This document shows, in pieces, positions 28,988-37,523 of a stretch of 64,000 nucleotides of DNA (within the stretch, counting starts at the first letter, position 1; each line of letters starts with the position of its first letter). Under the pieces are notes generated by a model. The model was not told the DNA's origin and did not search any database. It saw only the letters and a program-made list of their open reading frames with translations. A program made the position numbers and the translations under genes. Origin of the DNA: Clostridia bacterium (GTDB taxonomy: Bacteria > Bacillota > Clostridia > UBA1212 > DUPL01); the NCBI GenBank assembly GCA_050951325.1, contig JBMNIW010000009.1:30848-94847 (forward strand), in the 5' to 3' direction.

Positions 28988-30430
28988 TCACAAATTATAC
29001 CAGATACAAACCTCACTTTCAGAGACAGTTATCTTCTCAACCACAATCTTTACTATCTTCCTCTTTACTTCCCCGCTTAAATCCTTATATGATTTTAATG
29101 TTTTAAGAAGCAAATTAAGAGATTCTGTTTTATTCTCCACAGCCCGTTCCAGTCTATCAATTTCATCCTTGTACCTTTCTATTGCAGACTTAAGCTCAAG
29201 GTTCATACTGTCGTACATATCCGCAGTAATACGTCCATCAAGTCTGTCATAGTACAATATTTTCTGTTTTCTCAAAGAGGATTCAATAAGATTTCTTAAT
29301 ATATTTATTTCCTCATCCCTCTCTTCATTTATCTGTGCCAGCTCTTCAATACAGTTAGGATTACTCTTTACATAATCACTCAGCACCATATAAATATCGG
29401 AAAAAACAATATTGGATAAATAACTCTCACTTACAAAATGTCTTGAACAAGCAGCCCTGCCTTGTTTTTCATAAGTCTGACATGTATATCCATCCGCTCC
29501 TTTTGTCTGTTTTCTGGAATACATCCTTTTATTGCAGTCAGCACAAAATACAAGACCTTTGAAAATACTTAATCCACCCTTGTGATTTCCACTACCTTTT
29601 TGTCTTTTAATTCTTTCCTTTTGAACCTTGTCAAATGTTTCTTCGTCGATAATTGGTTCATGGGTGTTTTTTGTAATCACCCACTCGGACTTGGGCAACC
29701 TTCTTGTTTTCTTGCTTTTATAGCTGACTCTTTCACTTACTCCCTGCACGGTATCTCCCACATAGACGCGGCTTGTCAGGATTCTTTTTATTTGCGTTAC
29801 GTTCCATTTCTTCTTGCCAATACCTTTTTCCTCAAGTATTTCGGAAATCTTCTTGTATCCATAACCTTCAAGATACAACTTATATATCTCCCTAACCACA
29901 AAAGCTTCCTCTTCACAAACTTCCAGCTTGTTTCTAACGTCCTTTGATTTTACATAACCATAAGGAGGATTCCCAATATATTCTCCCCTTTCAATCTTAT
30001 GTCTCAAATTCGCCCTAATTTTTCTTGATATGTCAATTACATATCTTTCATTAAACCAGCTGTCTATACCTACAGTCTCAGCATCCCTCAAAGAATCATA
30101 TCTTCCGTCATAAGTTAGAACCCTTACTCCATACTCTTCCACACTTTCAAGAAAAAGAAGCGTTCTGGCATTGCTTCTCCCAAGCCTTGACAAGTCTTTA
30201 GCAACAAGAATGTCAAACTTTCCAAAGGATGCATCTTCAATTAGTTTCTTAATGCCAGGACGCTCAAAGTTGATACCCGAGTAATTGTCATCCTCATATA
30301 CTTTATATACAGCGCCTAAATTTTTTTCTTCAACAAATTTCTCTAAAAGACTTTTCTGTGTTTCGATGGTTTCATAAGACAATCCAAGGTCATCCCTGCT
30401 CTCCCTTACATAAATGGCTACCTTTTTCAT
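28988..30430 (-). CDS. Large serine recombinase (resolvase + recombinase + zinc ribbon)
   Basis: AIYVRES catalytic Ser, DDNYSG..ERPG, KDLSRLGR, PPYGY, THEPII, GLVFCADC, YTC..Y..CS. Confidence 0.92.
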   Translation of the reverse strand: MKKVAIYVRESRDDLGLSYETIETQKSLLEKFVEEKNLGAVYKVYEDDNYSGINFERPGIKKLIEDASFGKFDILVAKDLSRLGRSNARTLLFLESVEEYGVRVLTYDGRYDSLRDAETVGIDSWFNERYVIDISRKIRANLRHKIERGEYIGNPPYGYVKSKDVRNKLEVCEEEAFVVREIYKLYLEGYGYKKISEILEEKGIGKKKWNVTQIKRILTSRVYVGDTVQGVSERVSYKSKKTRRLPKSEWVITKNTHEPIIDEETFDKVQKERIKRQKGSGNHKGGLSIFKGLVFCADCNKRMYSRKQTKGADGYTCQTYEKQGRAACSRHFVSESYLSNIVFSDIYMVLSDYVKSNPNCIEELAQINEERDEEINILRNLIESSLRKQKILYYDRLDGRITADMYDSMNLELKSAIERYKDEIDRLERAVENKTESLNLLLKTLKSYKDLSGEVKRKIVKIVVEKITVSESEVCIWYNL

Positions 30431-30441
30431 TAAACAATCAC

Positions 30442-30531
30442 CTAAATGTCAATATCCACAATCAAAGACAAAAGGGCGAGCAGGGATTCCTTCACACAAC
30501 CTTTATAGACTCTCTTTATCTCATATTTCAT
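30442..30531 (-). CDS. Putative 29-aa leader protein coupled to the recombinase
   Basis: MKYEIKRVYKGCVKESLLALLSLIVDIDI; RBS AAGGA upstream; stop TAG overlaps recombinase RBS (TAGGTGA); below ORF-track cutoff. Confidence 0.45.
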   Translation of the reverse strand: MKYEIKRVYKGCVKESLLALLSLIVDIDI

Positions 30532-30585
30532 CAAGAATCATCCTTGACAATTCGTTTAATTAATATATATGAGATAATAAGAAAG

Positions 30586-32034
30586 CTATTCTTGTTCAAA
30601 CATCATGGACATGACATAAAAATCACTAAAATACTTGCTGTTGGCAAGCTCAATGTAGTCTACAGCCTTGCTTATATCAATTGCAGCATTCAAAAGACTT
30701 TCTTCAAGTAATATTTGACTGGCTCCCTTTCCTGAAGAATTTCCACATGAACTTATCTTCCCTCTAAACTCATATGGAAGAAGAGTTGCATCAATTGCAC
30801 TATTTATGTCAATATAGCTGCCGAAACCTCCCGCTAACAGAACTTCATCTATCTCCTCAAGAGAAATGCCTGCATGTTTTGCAATAACACGTATACCGGC
30901 ACCTATGGCAGCCTTTGCATTCTGAAACTCCCTTACATCCCTTGTGGTAAGGTATATGCCAGGACTTACTTCAAAGTCTTCCTCCATGAAACCAGTTTCA
31001 TCTATCAGTTCCATGTTTACAAGACAAGCAATCAAATCAATCAGACCACTTCCGCAAATTCCTCTAGCCTTTTCATTGCCCAGTGTATATACGTTCAAAG
31101 CCCCATCCTCTTTCATCTCAACCTTGCAGATGGCTCCTGTAACACCACCCATCCCGTACTTTATATTCGCTCCTTCAAACGCCGGACCACAGGCGGTTGA
31201 TGCTCCAATTAATTTACCCCTGTTGTTCAAAACCATTTCACCATTCGTACCCATGTCTATAAGTAAAATATTTTTGTCGCTCTTGTACATGCCAGTAGAC
31301 AGAACACCTGCCGTAATATCTCCACCTATAAATGCGGATATGGAGGGTGTCAAAATCACCTTTTCCACTCCCAAACCAAGTTCATCATTGGTGAATATCT
31401 TTGCATCGGTAAACACAGGCACATAGGGTGCAATAGCAATGGTTTTTGTCTCTTCTCCTACCAGAAAATGCAGCATGGTGGTGTTTCCTGCAATAACACA
31501 AATTGAAATGTTGTCAAACCTGGAAAGCAGTTTCTTAAGACAGGATATAATCAAAGCCTGCATTACCTTTGTTCCGTTATTGTTATTGATGGTGTAATCT
31601 ATTCTCGAAATAACGTCAGCACCATGTTTTGCCTGCGGATTCAGGCAGGAATCTACATGGATTAATTCCTTTGTTTCAAGGTCGTAAAAATAGGCAGCGA
31701 TGGTGGTAGTGCCAATATCTATGGCAGCACCAACCTTTTCACTGAAAGGATTATCACCCAATGTCATGTCATCGGATAGTGTAAGTACATACGCCTCAGC
31801 CTTTTCAGTTGCGTATTCAGGTAGGGTTACCTTATGACTGGAATTTACCTTGAACATGCAGGACAAAACATCTTCACCATCCACGTTGACCTTGCACTTG
31901 TTGCAGGTTCCCTTGCCGCCGCAAGTTGCATTTATCCTGTATCCTGCCTCTGTTAATATGTCAAACAAGAGTCTTCCGTTTTCCGCTTCGATTTCCTTTA
32001 GCAAGTTTCCTTTTGTATCATAAATGGTCAGCAT
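30586..32034 (-). CDS. ASKHA-domain [2Fe-2S] protein, reductive activator of corrinoid enzymes (RACo/DUF4445)
   Basis: CGGKGTCNKC, DIGTTT, GADVISR, GNTTM, DMGTNGEM, GPAFEG, GICGSG, LAGGFG. Confidence 0.9.
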   Translation of the reverse strand: MLTIYDTKGNLLKEIEAENGRLLFDILTEAGYRINATCGGKGTCNKCKVNVDGEDVLSCMFKVNSSHKVTLPEYATEKAEAYVLTLSDDMTLGDNPFSEKVGAAIDIGTTTIAAYFYDLETKELIHVDSCLNPQAKHGADVISRIDYTINNNNGTKVMQALIISCLKKLLSRFDNISICVIAGNTTMLHFLVGEETKTIAIAPYVPVFTDAKIFTNDELGLGVEKVILTPSISAFIGGDITAGVLSTGMYKSDKNILLIDMGTNGEMVLNNRGKLIGASTACGPAFEGANIKYGMGGVTGAICKVEMKEDGALNVYTLGNEKARGICGSGLIDLIACLVNMELIDETGFMEEDFEVSPGIYLTTRDVREFQNAKAAIGAGIRVIAKHAGISLEEIDEVLLAGGFGSYIDINSAIDATLLPYEFRGKISSCGNSSGKGASQILLEESLLNAAIDISKAVDYIELANSKYFSDFYVMSMMFEQE

Positions 32035-32119
32035 TATAATCACCTTTTTCTTGTTTTTACATTTCGGATAGTATACACTAAGAATGAAATAAAATAAAGG
32101 GAGATACCAGGAGTTTTAT

Positions 32120-33322
32120 ATGACAAACTGTGCAATTATATGTGAATACAATCCTTTTCACAACGGACATGCGCACCATATTGAAGAAACCAGAAGAAAA
32201 ACAAACTGCAACTATATAATCTCCATTATGAGCGGAAACTACGTTCAAAGAGGAGAGCCTGCCATTATGGACAAGTGGGAAAGAACAAGAGCAGCTCTAA
32301 AATGCGGTTCCGATCTTGTAATTGAACTTCCCTTTATCTACGCCTGCTCAAGTGCGGAATATTTTGCAAATGCGGCGGTTGATATCATTAACAAAACCAA
32401 TGTGGTTGATTATCTGTCTTTTGGCAGTGATTCAGGCGATCTTGATTATCTAAAAAACATTGCAGCAAAAAGAATCAACAAAAAATTAGACCTTACAGGT
32501 GAAATTGCCAAGGCATACAAGGAAGGCATCTCATACCCCAAGGCAATGCAGCTGATATATGACGAGCCTGAGTTGAAATCAAACGACATCTTGGGTATTA
32601 GGTATCTTATGGCACTAGAAAAGTCAAAAAGTTCAGTGGAGCCTGTAACCATTAAAAGAAAAGGTTCTGAATACAAGGACAAGGCAATAACCAGCGAAAC
32701 TCCCAGTGCTACTGCCATAAGGAAACATATCACAGATTCTAAAGATTATAACCTTTTGTCAAAAGTAATGCCCAAGGAATCCATGCACATTCTTATGGAG
32801 GAAATTGAAAAAGGAAGGGCCCCTGTTACCCTCAAGTCCTTTGAGAAACAGATACTATCGACTCTAAGAACACTAAAACCGAAGGGAATCGCTGACAAAC
32901 CCCATATAACCCCCGGGCTTGAGTACAGACTCTACCAAAACGCCATGGAATGCTCAAACATTGATGAGGTAATAGACGCCACAGTAAGTAAAGTCTTTAC
33001 AAGAACCAGAATCCAAAGACTTTTGATTCATGCGCTCCATGGGGTAACAAAAGAAATGCATGCAAATTTCATGGACGTCCCTTATGTGCGAGTACTGGGT
33101 TTCAAGAAAAGAGCTGAACCTCTCTTGAAAAAAATTAACAGAAGCTGCAATGTCCCGGTAATATACAGGGCAAAAAAGGATTATGAAAACCTGACAGACA
33201 GAGGAAAAGCTCTTTTTGAGCTTGAAGCATTATCTACCGACATATATGTACTTGGATATCCAAATAATATGCACTCTAATGGAGGCCAGGAATTTTCGCG
33301 AAAAATTATTATAGTTGAGTGA
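32120..33322 (+). CDS. tmcAL: tRNA(Met) cytidine acetate ligase
   Basis: EYNPFHNGH, MSGNYVQRGEPA, SNDILG..Y, SATAIR, RIQR, YVRVLGF. Confidence 0.88.
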   Translation: MTNCAIICEYNPFHNGHAHHIEETRRKTNCNYIISIMSGNYVQRGEPAIMDKWERTRAALKCGSDLVIELPFIYACSSAEYFANAAVDIINKTNVVDYLSFGSDSGDLDYLKNIAAKRINKKLDLTGEIAKAYKEGISYPKAMQLIYDEPELKSNDILGIRYLMALEKSKSSVEPVTIKRKGSEYKDKAITSETPSATAIRKHITDSKDYNLLSKVMPKESMHILMEEIEKGRAPVTLKSFEKQILSTLRTLKPKGIADKPHITPGLEYRLYQNAMECSNIDEVIDATVSKVFTRTRIQRLLIHALHGVTKEMHANFMDVPYVRVLGFKKRAEPLLKKINRSCNVPVIYRAKKDYENLTDRGKALFELEALSTDIYVLGYPNNMHSNGGQEFSRKIIIVE

Positions 33323-33381
33323 TGCACAATGAGTATCTATTCATCATAGGATAAACTAGAGCCTATGAAAGGAGTAGTTTA

Positions 33382-33807
33382 ATGCCTCATCACGAAAAAC
33401 AGGATATGGGACCTGAACCTTACATCCTAAACATCAAGCAGAAAGCAAAACAGAACACAAACTACCGCACAACCATTTGGACAGGAGAATATTTGCAATT
33501 AACACTCATGAGCATTGTCACAGGTGGAGATATAGGGCTTGAGATGCATCCGGACCTTGATCAGTTCATACGTGTGGAAGAAGGCCAGGGCCTCGTCCAA
33601 ATGGGAGAAAAAGAGGACAATCTAAGTATCCAAAAAAGAATTTACAGCGGCTATGCCTTCATAATCCCTGCAGGCACATGGCACAATCTGATAAACACCG
33701 GCATGAAACCCTTGAAACTCTATTCGATATACGCACCTCCCCAACACCCTCCTGGAACAATACACCGAACAAAAGAAATAGCAATGCAGGAAGAACACCA
33801 TGATTAG
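33382..33807 (+). CDS. Cupin domain protein
   Basis: NYRTTIWTG, GLEMHP..DQF.RVEEG, PAGTWHN, YSIYAPPQH. Confidence 0.88.
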   Translation: MPHHEKQDMGPEPYILNIKQKAKQNTNYRTTIWTGEYLQLTLMSIVTGGDIGLEMHPDLDQFIRVEEGQGLVQMGEKEDNLSIQKRIYSGYAFIIPAGTWHNLINTGMKPLKLYSIYAPPQHPPGTIHRTKEIAMQEEHHD

Positions 33808-33808
33808 A

Positions 33809-33843
33809 AAAAGGCTATTGGCATATAAAGCCATAGCCTTTTT
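33809..33843. terminator. Bidirectional terminator between cupin and dpnII
   Basis: AAAAAGGCTAT-TGGC..GCC-ATAGCCTTTTT inverted repeat. Confidence 0.7.
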
Positions 33844-34705
33844 CAATTGCCAGTCAAGAGTGATGTCAACAATCCTTTTTCTAGATCATTAATGTTGTAC
33901 ACCGTTTCCATGACATTAAAAGTTTCTCTCAAATTATCTTTTGCAGAAGTCCATCCAATTCCATCTGTAATCCAGACCAGCTTAAAACCGTCTATCCTTT
34001 GAGCTTCCTGATACAGCATTTTGTAGCTTCTGGCAGTCTCATTAAGCTTGGAACCATGACCAGTATAAAAATTTGTTTCAATACCATAAATCATTTTGTC
34101 TGCTCTTACAACAAAATCAAACTTTTTTTCAGCCCTCTCTTCATCTCCAAACACGGACAAATCAAGACCAAACCTGTTTTTGATTTCTGTCAGCTTCATT
34201 TCCTTGAAATAGTTGATGTTCTTAACAAAACCTGCTGCAATTATGTACTTCTCCACCAAATCCTCCATGGAATCTCCGCCCCTGTTCTTTCTGCTGTGTG
34301 AATCAAGGCCCGTTTCCACACCGAAAGCATAATCCACCAAATTGCTGACTATATGATTCTGGAGCATTTCAAATAGTCCCGTTTCCCGCATGAAATGTTT
34401 GTACTGCTCTATGCTGTACATCATCCTGCTAAAATTGTAAACCAGGACTCCTTGCAAATCATTTATGTAGATCTTGCTTTTTCTAACCGCCATCAAAATG
34501 GTATGCATTTCAGTGTCTCAGGATACCTGGTCACAATATCTTCAAAATCCTGCTCTATGTTCTTTGACCCGACCAGAGCATTAAGTATATTCAACTCTAT
34601 TTTGTACTGCTCCACATTCCTCACAACTTTGTTAAAATCCGTGTAGTACTTGTAGCTTGCAATACTTTTCTTCAATGTTGCAAACCACTCATCAAAGTTC
34701 CTCAT
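33843..34705 (-). CDS. DpnII-family type II restriction endonuclease, frameshifted near 34500 (287 aa if repaired)
   Basis: YYTDFNKV..ELNILN.L.G..YPETLKCIP / ILMAVR..DY.FGVETGLDS.SRKNRGG..KKFDF..ETNFY..GSKLNETARSY..WITDG.GW; one C missing in CCC(Pro). Confidence 0.88.
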
Positions 34706-35498
34706 TTTTCACCTTCTCCAATCTCCTTTTGGTTATCTCCATATACTCCTCACAATTGTCAATACCAACAAATTTTCGCCCAAGTCTGACAGCTTCCACT
34801 CCAGTAGTTCCCGAACCACAGAATGGATCAAGAACCAAGTCTCCTTCCTGGGTTGAAGCTAGAACTATTTTTTCCAAAAGATATCTTGGTTTTTGTGTTG
34901 GATGTCTACCTTCGGTCTTTTCCGATGGCTTTGTAAGACTGCCCGTCCATACATCCTTCATTTGCTTCCCATTGTTTAATTCTTTCATCTTTTCGTAGTT
35001 GAAATAGTGCTTTGCCTTTTCATCCTTTTTTGCCCACAGGATGGTTTCAGTAGAATGTGTAAAACACTTGCATGCAAGATTTGGAGGTGGATTTGTTTTC
35101 TGCCATGTAATATTATTCAATATCTTGTACCCTTCCTGCTCCAATGCCATGCCAATGGAATATATGTTGTGTAAAGTGCCAGAAATCCAAATGGTACCAT
35201 TAGGTTTCAGAACTCTTCTACACATCCTTATCCATCTGCGGTTGAATTCATGTTTTTCTTCTATAGTTGTAGCATTTTCGTTAAGCTTGTCCCATGAACC
35301 TTTATTAACAGACACCATTTTTCCTCCCTGGCATGTGATACCGTTGTTGCTTAAAAAATATGGTGGATCTGCAAAAATCATATCAAAACATTCTGATTTC
35401 ATTTTTCTCAGTATTTCAAAAGAATCTCCCAGTACAAGAATTGAATCGTCTGTTTCATAATAACTTGGTATGTTGTTTTCAAATACACTTTCCCTCAT
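34692..35498 (-). CDS. Site-specific DNA N6-adenine methyltransferase, DpnA-like (beta class)
   Basis: FADPPYFLS, TWQKTNPPPN, HPTQKP, LDPFCGSGTTG. Confidence 0.9.
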   Translation of the reverse strand: MRESVFENNIPSYYETDDSILVLGDSFEILRKMKSECFDMIFADPPYFLSNNGITCQGGKMVSVNKGSWDKLNENATTIEEKHEFNRRWIRMCRRVLKPNGTIWISGTLHNIYSIGMALEQEGYKILNNITWQKTNPPPNLACKCFTHSTETILWAKKDEKAKHYFNYEKMKELNNGKQMKDVWTGSLTKPSEKTEGRHPTQKPRYLLEKIVLASTQEGDLVLDPFCGSGTTGVEAVRLGRKFVGIDNCEEYMEITKRRLEKVKNEEL

Positions 35499-35499
35499 T

Positions 35500-36342
35500 T
35501 TATCTCCCTTGGTAATTGCAAATAATTATTTCCTCTCCTACACGATTGTTCGCATCTGAATTTATCATGCGCTTAACACTTACTACATCCATCCTGTACC
35601 CCTTATTGCCATATAACTCGTTAATGAACTCAGTGTTGTGGTTTGTCAGCATGCAGAAACATCCTCTTTCTGTAAGTTCATCAAAAAGTCTTGCAAGTCT
35701 AATATGGCTTTCAACATCAAAACCTTCTTTTGTATAGGATTCAAAGGAGGTGGGATTAAGAGGGGCGTACGGACTGTCAAGAAACACAAAATCCCCTTCC
35801 TTAGCTAAGTGGCAGGCATCTTCAAAATCCCCTTCAAGGATTGTTACATTCTTAAGGTATTTCGATACTTCAAGGATTGATTCAGCATCTACAGATCCCC
35901 TTCTTGAGTTGTTATACGGTACATTGAACAACCCTTGTGCGTTCACTCTGTATAGCCCGTTATAGCAGTGCTTGTTTATAAACACTAACATCGCGGCAAG
36001 TTCTACATCATACTCCTGCCTCATTAGCTTGTCGTTGTATTTTTCGCGTATGTGATAGTAGTATTTTTTTCCATCATCCCACATCTCATCATCAAGCTTG
36101 TTAACAACATCTAAAAATTCATCAGGTGATGTGCCTATCTGTCTGTAGGCATTTATCAATGCCTTATTTATGTCGTTTATAACTGCGTTATCAGGAAGCA
36201 AATCAAATAAAACCGCACCACCACCTACAAAGGGCTCGTAATATGTATTAAACTTTTCAGGCATTCTCTCTCTTATATGTGTTAGAAGCTGGCGTTTCCC
36301 ACCAGCCCATTTGACAAAAGGAGCTATTTTAGTCTTCTGCAT
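35500..36342 (-). CDS. Dam/DpnM-family DNA adenine methyltransferase
   Basis: KWAGGKRQL, EPFVGGGA, NGLYRVN..G.FNVP, DSPY; ATG 36342. Confidence 0.93.
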   Translation of the reverse strand: MQKTKIAPFVKWAGGKRQLLTHIRERMPEKFNTYYEPFVGGGAVLFDLLPDNAVINDINKALINAYRQIGTSPDEFLDVVNKLDDEMWDDGKKYYYHIREKYNDKLMRQEYDVELAAMLVFINKHCYNGLYRVNAQGLFNVPYNNSRRGSVDAESILEVSKYLKNVTILEGDFEDACHLAKEGDFVFLDSPYAPLNPTSFESYTKEGFDVESHIRLARLFDELTERGCFCMLTNHNTEFINELYGNKGYRMDVVSVKRMINSDANNRVGEEIIICNYQGR

Positions 36343-36384
36343 CAATATTTCCCCATCTCTACAATAACTTATCGTACATCCCCT

Positions 36385-36413
36385 ATTATAACTACAATTC
36401 TGCAAAATAACAA
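36385..36413 (-). promoter_or_regulatory. Promoter for dpnM-dpnA-dpnII
   Basis: TTGTTA, 17 bp, TATAAT. Confidence 0.55.
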
Positions 36414-36420
36414 ACGCGTA

Positions 36421-37164
36421 TTACTTCACAAACACAAATATATACTCGTGTGCAATCATTAAGAAATTCTTCTTTACATTCCTCCAATATGCCGTTGATG
36501 TGCAATTATGCTGCTCCTTGATAATAATTTCCTTCAATGCAAACCCTGCCTGTATAAAACACTCCATTACACGAAAACCCAAAGGAACTATCTTTCCCTG
36601 CCTTCTTGTGTCGCCCATCATTACCGTGCACATTTTTTCCCGTTTCAATACTCTGAAGGATTCCCTTGCCACCACTTTCATTTTTTCAACAAACTCATTA
36701 ACTTCCAATAGTGATATGTCTTCTGCTATTCCATTTGAATATTTGATTATGTTTGCATACGGTGGATGTGTACATACAAAGTCCATTCTGCCATCTTCGA
36801 TAAATTCAAGATTCATTGCACTGCCATTTACAACATGAATTATGGATTTTGTACTGCATGTAAAGTTGAGATTGCTTTTCGTCAGTTGAACAGATTGCGG
36901 ATTTATATCAACACCTATTGCATTTCGTCCCAATAATTTTGCTTCGACCAATGTAGTACCGCTGCCAACAAACTGGTCCAGAATCCAATCACCGGGCTTA
37001 GTGTACAAAAGTATTAGATTCCTTGGTATGTATGGTGACCAGTTCCCCCTGTATCTACCTGAATGAGTCGCCCAACTACCTCGGTCGGGGAAAGACCATA
37101 CTGTAGTTGTTTCAAGCATGAAATTTTCAGGACTTAAACGAATAAAGCATACCTCCTTTGTCAT
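36421..37164 (-). CDS. Additional amino-methyltransferase (N4C/N6A or TRM11-like)
   Basis: YRGNWSPYIPRN, LDQFVGSGTT (motif I), THPPY (motif IV), HEYIFVF. Confidence 0.8.
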   Translation of the reverse strand: MTKEVCFIRLSPENFMLETTTVWSFPDRGSWATHSGRYRGNWSPYIPRNLILLYTKPGDWILDQFVGSGTTLVEAKLLGRNAIGVDINPQSVQLTKSNLNFTCSTKSIIHVVNGSAMNLEFIEDGRMDFVCTHPPYANIIKYSNGIAEDISLLEVNEFVEKMKVVARESFRVLKREKMCTVMMGDTRRQGKIVPLGFRVMECFIQAGFALKEIIIKEQHNCTSTAYWRNVKKNFLMIAHEYIFVFVK

Positions 37165-37253
37165 GTTTCATTTATTCTAATACATATTCAGAAAAAAATC
37201 CACTTGGTAATATGAAGTTACAGTTTTTTTAATATTTACTTTACAAAAAACTA

Positions 37254-37282
37254 TTGCATTCAATGATGTTTTATGGTATCAT
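37254..37282 (+). promoter_or_regulatory. tRNA promoter
   Basis: TTGCAT, 17 bp, TG-G-TATCAT preceded by A-rich UP-like tract. Confidence 0.6.
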
Positions 37283-37315
37283 TGACAATGTTGAAGTGCT
37301 AATTGACTTACTCGA

Positions 37316-37389
37316 TGCGGAATGGTGTAACGGTAGCACGAATGACTCTGACTCATTTTGTCTGGGTTCGAATCCTAGTTCCGCAGCCA
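37316..37389 (+). tRNA. tRNA-Gln (anticodon CTG)
   Basis: Acceptor TGCGGAA/TTCCGCA-G-CCA, D-arm TGGTGTAACGGTAGCAC, anticodon arm AATGA-CTCTGAC-TCATT, T-loop GGTTCGAATCC. Confidence 0.95.
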
Positions 37390-37392
37390 AAC

Positions 37393-37427
37393 GGGAGTTC
37401 AGACCTTTGTCTGAACTCCTTCTTGTT
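37393..37427 (+). terminator. tRNA terminator
   Basis: GGGAGTTCAGAC-CTTT-GTCTGAACTCCT followed by TCTTGTT. Confidence 0.75.
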
Positions 37428-37523
37428 AACTTTTCCACTTTGACAGAATTTAATGTTTACAACTGACTATTTAGTGGTATAATAATTGAACAAGATTCGA
37501 TCGATAAAATTTTGGAGGTATAT

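Noticed and set aside
33843-37389. R-M cluster as a tRNA-integrated island
   Set aside because: The cluster lies on the 5' side of the tRNA, has no adjacent integrase, and I saw no duplicated tRNA end
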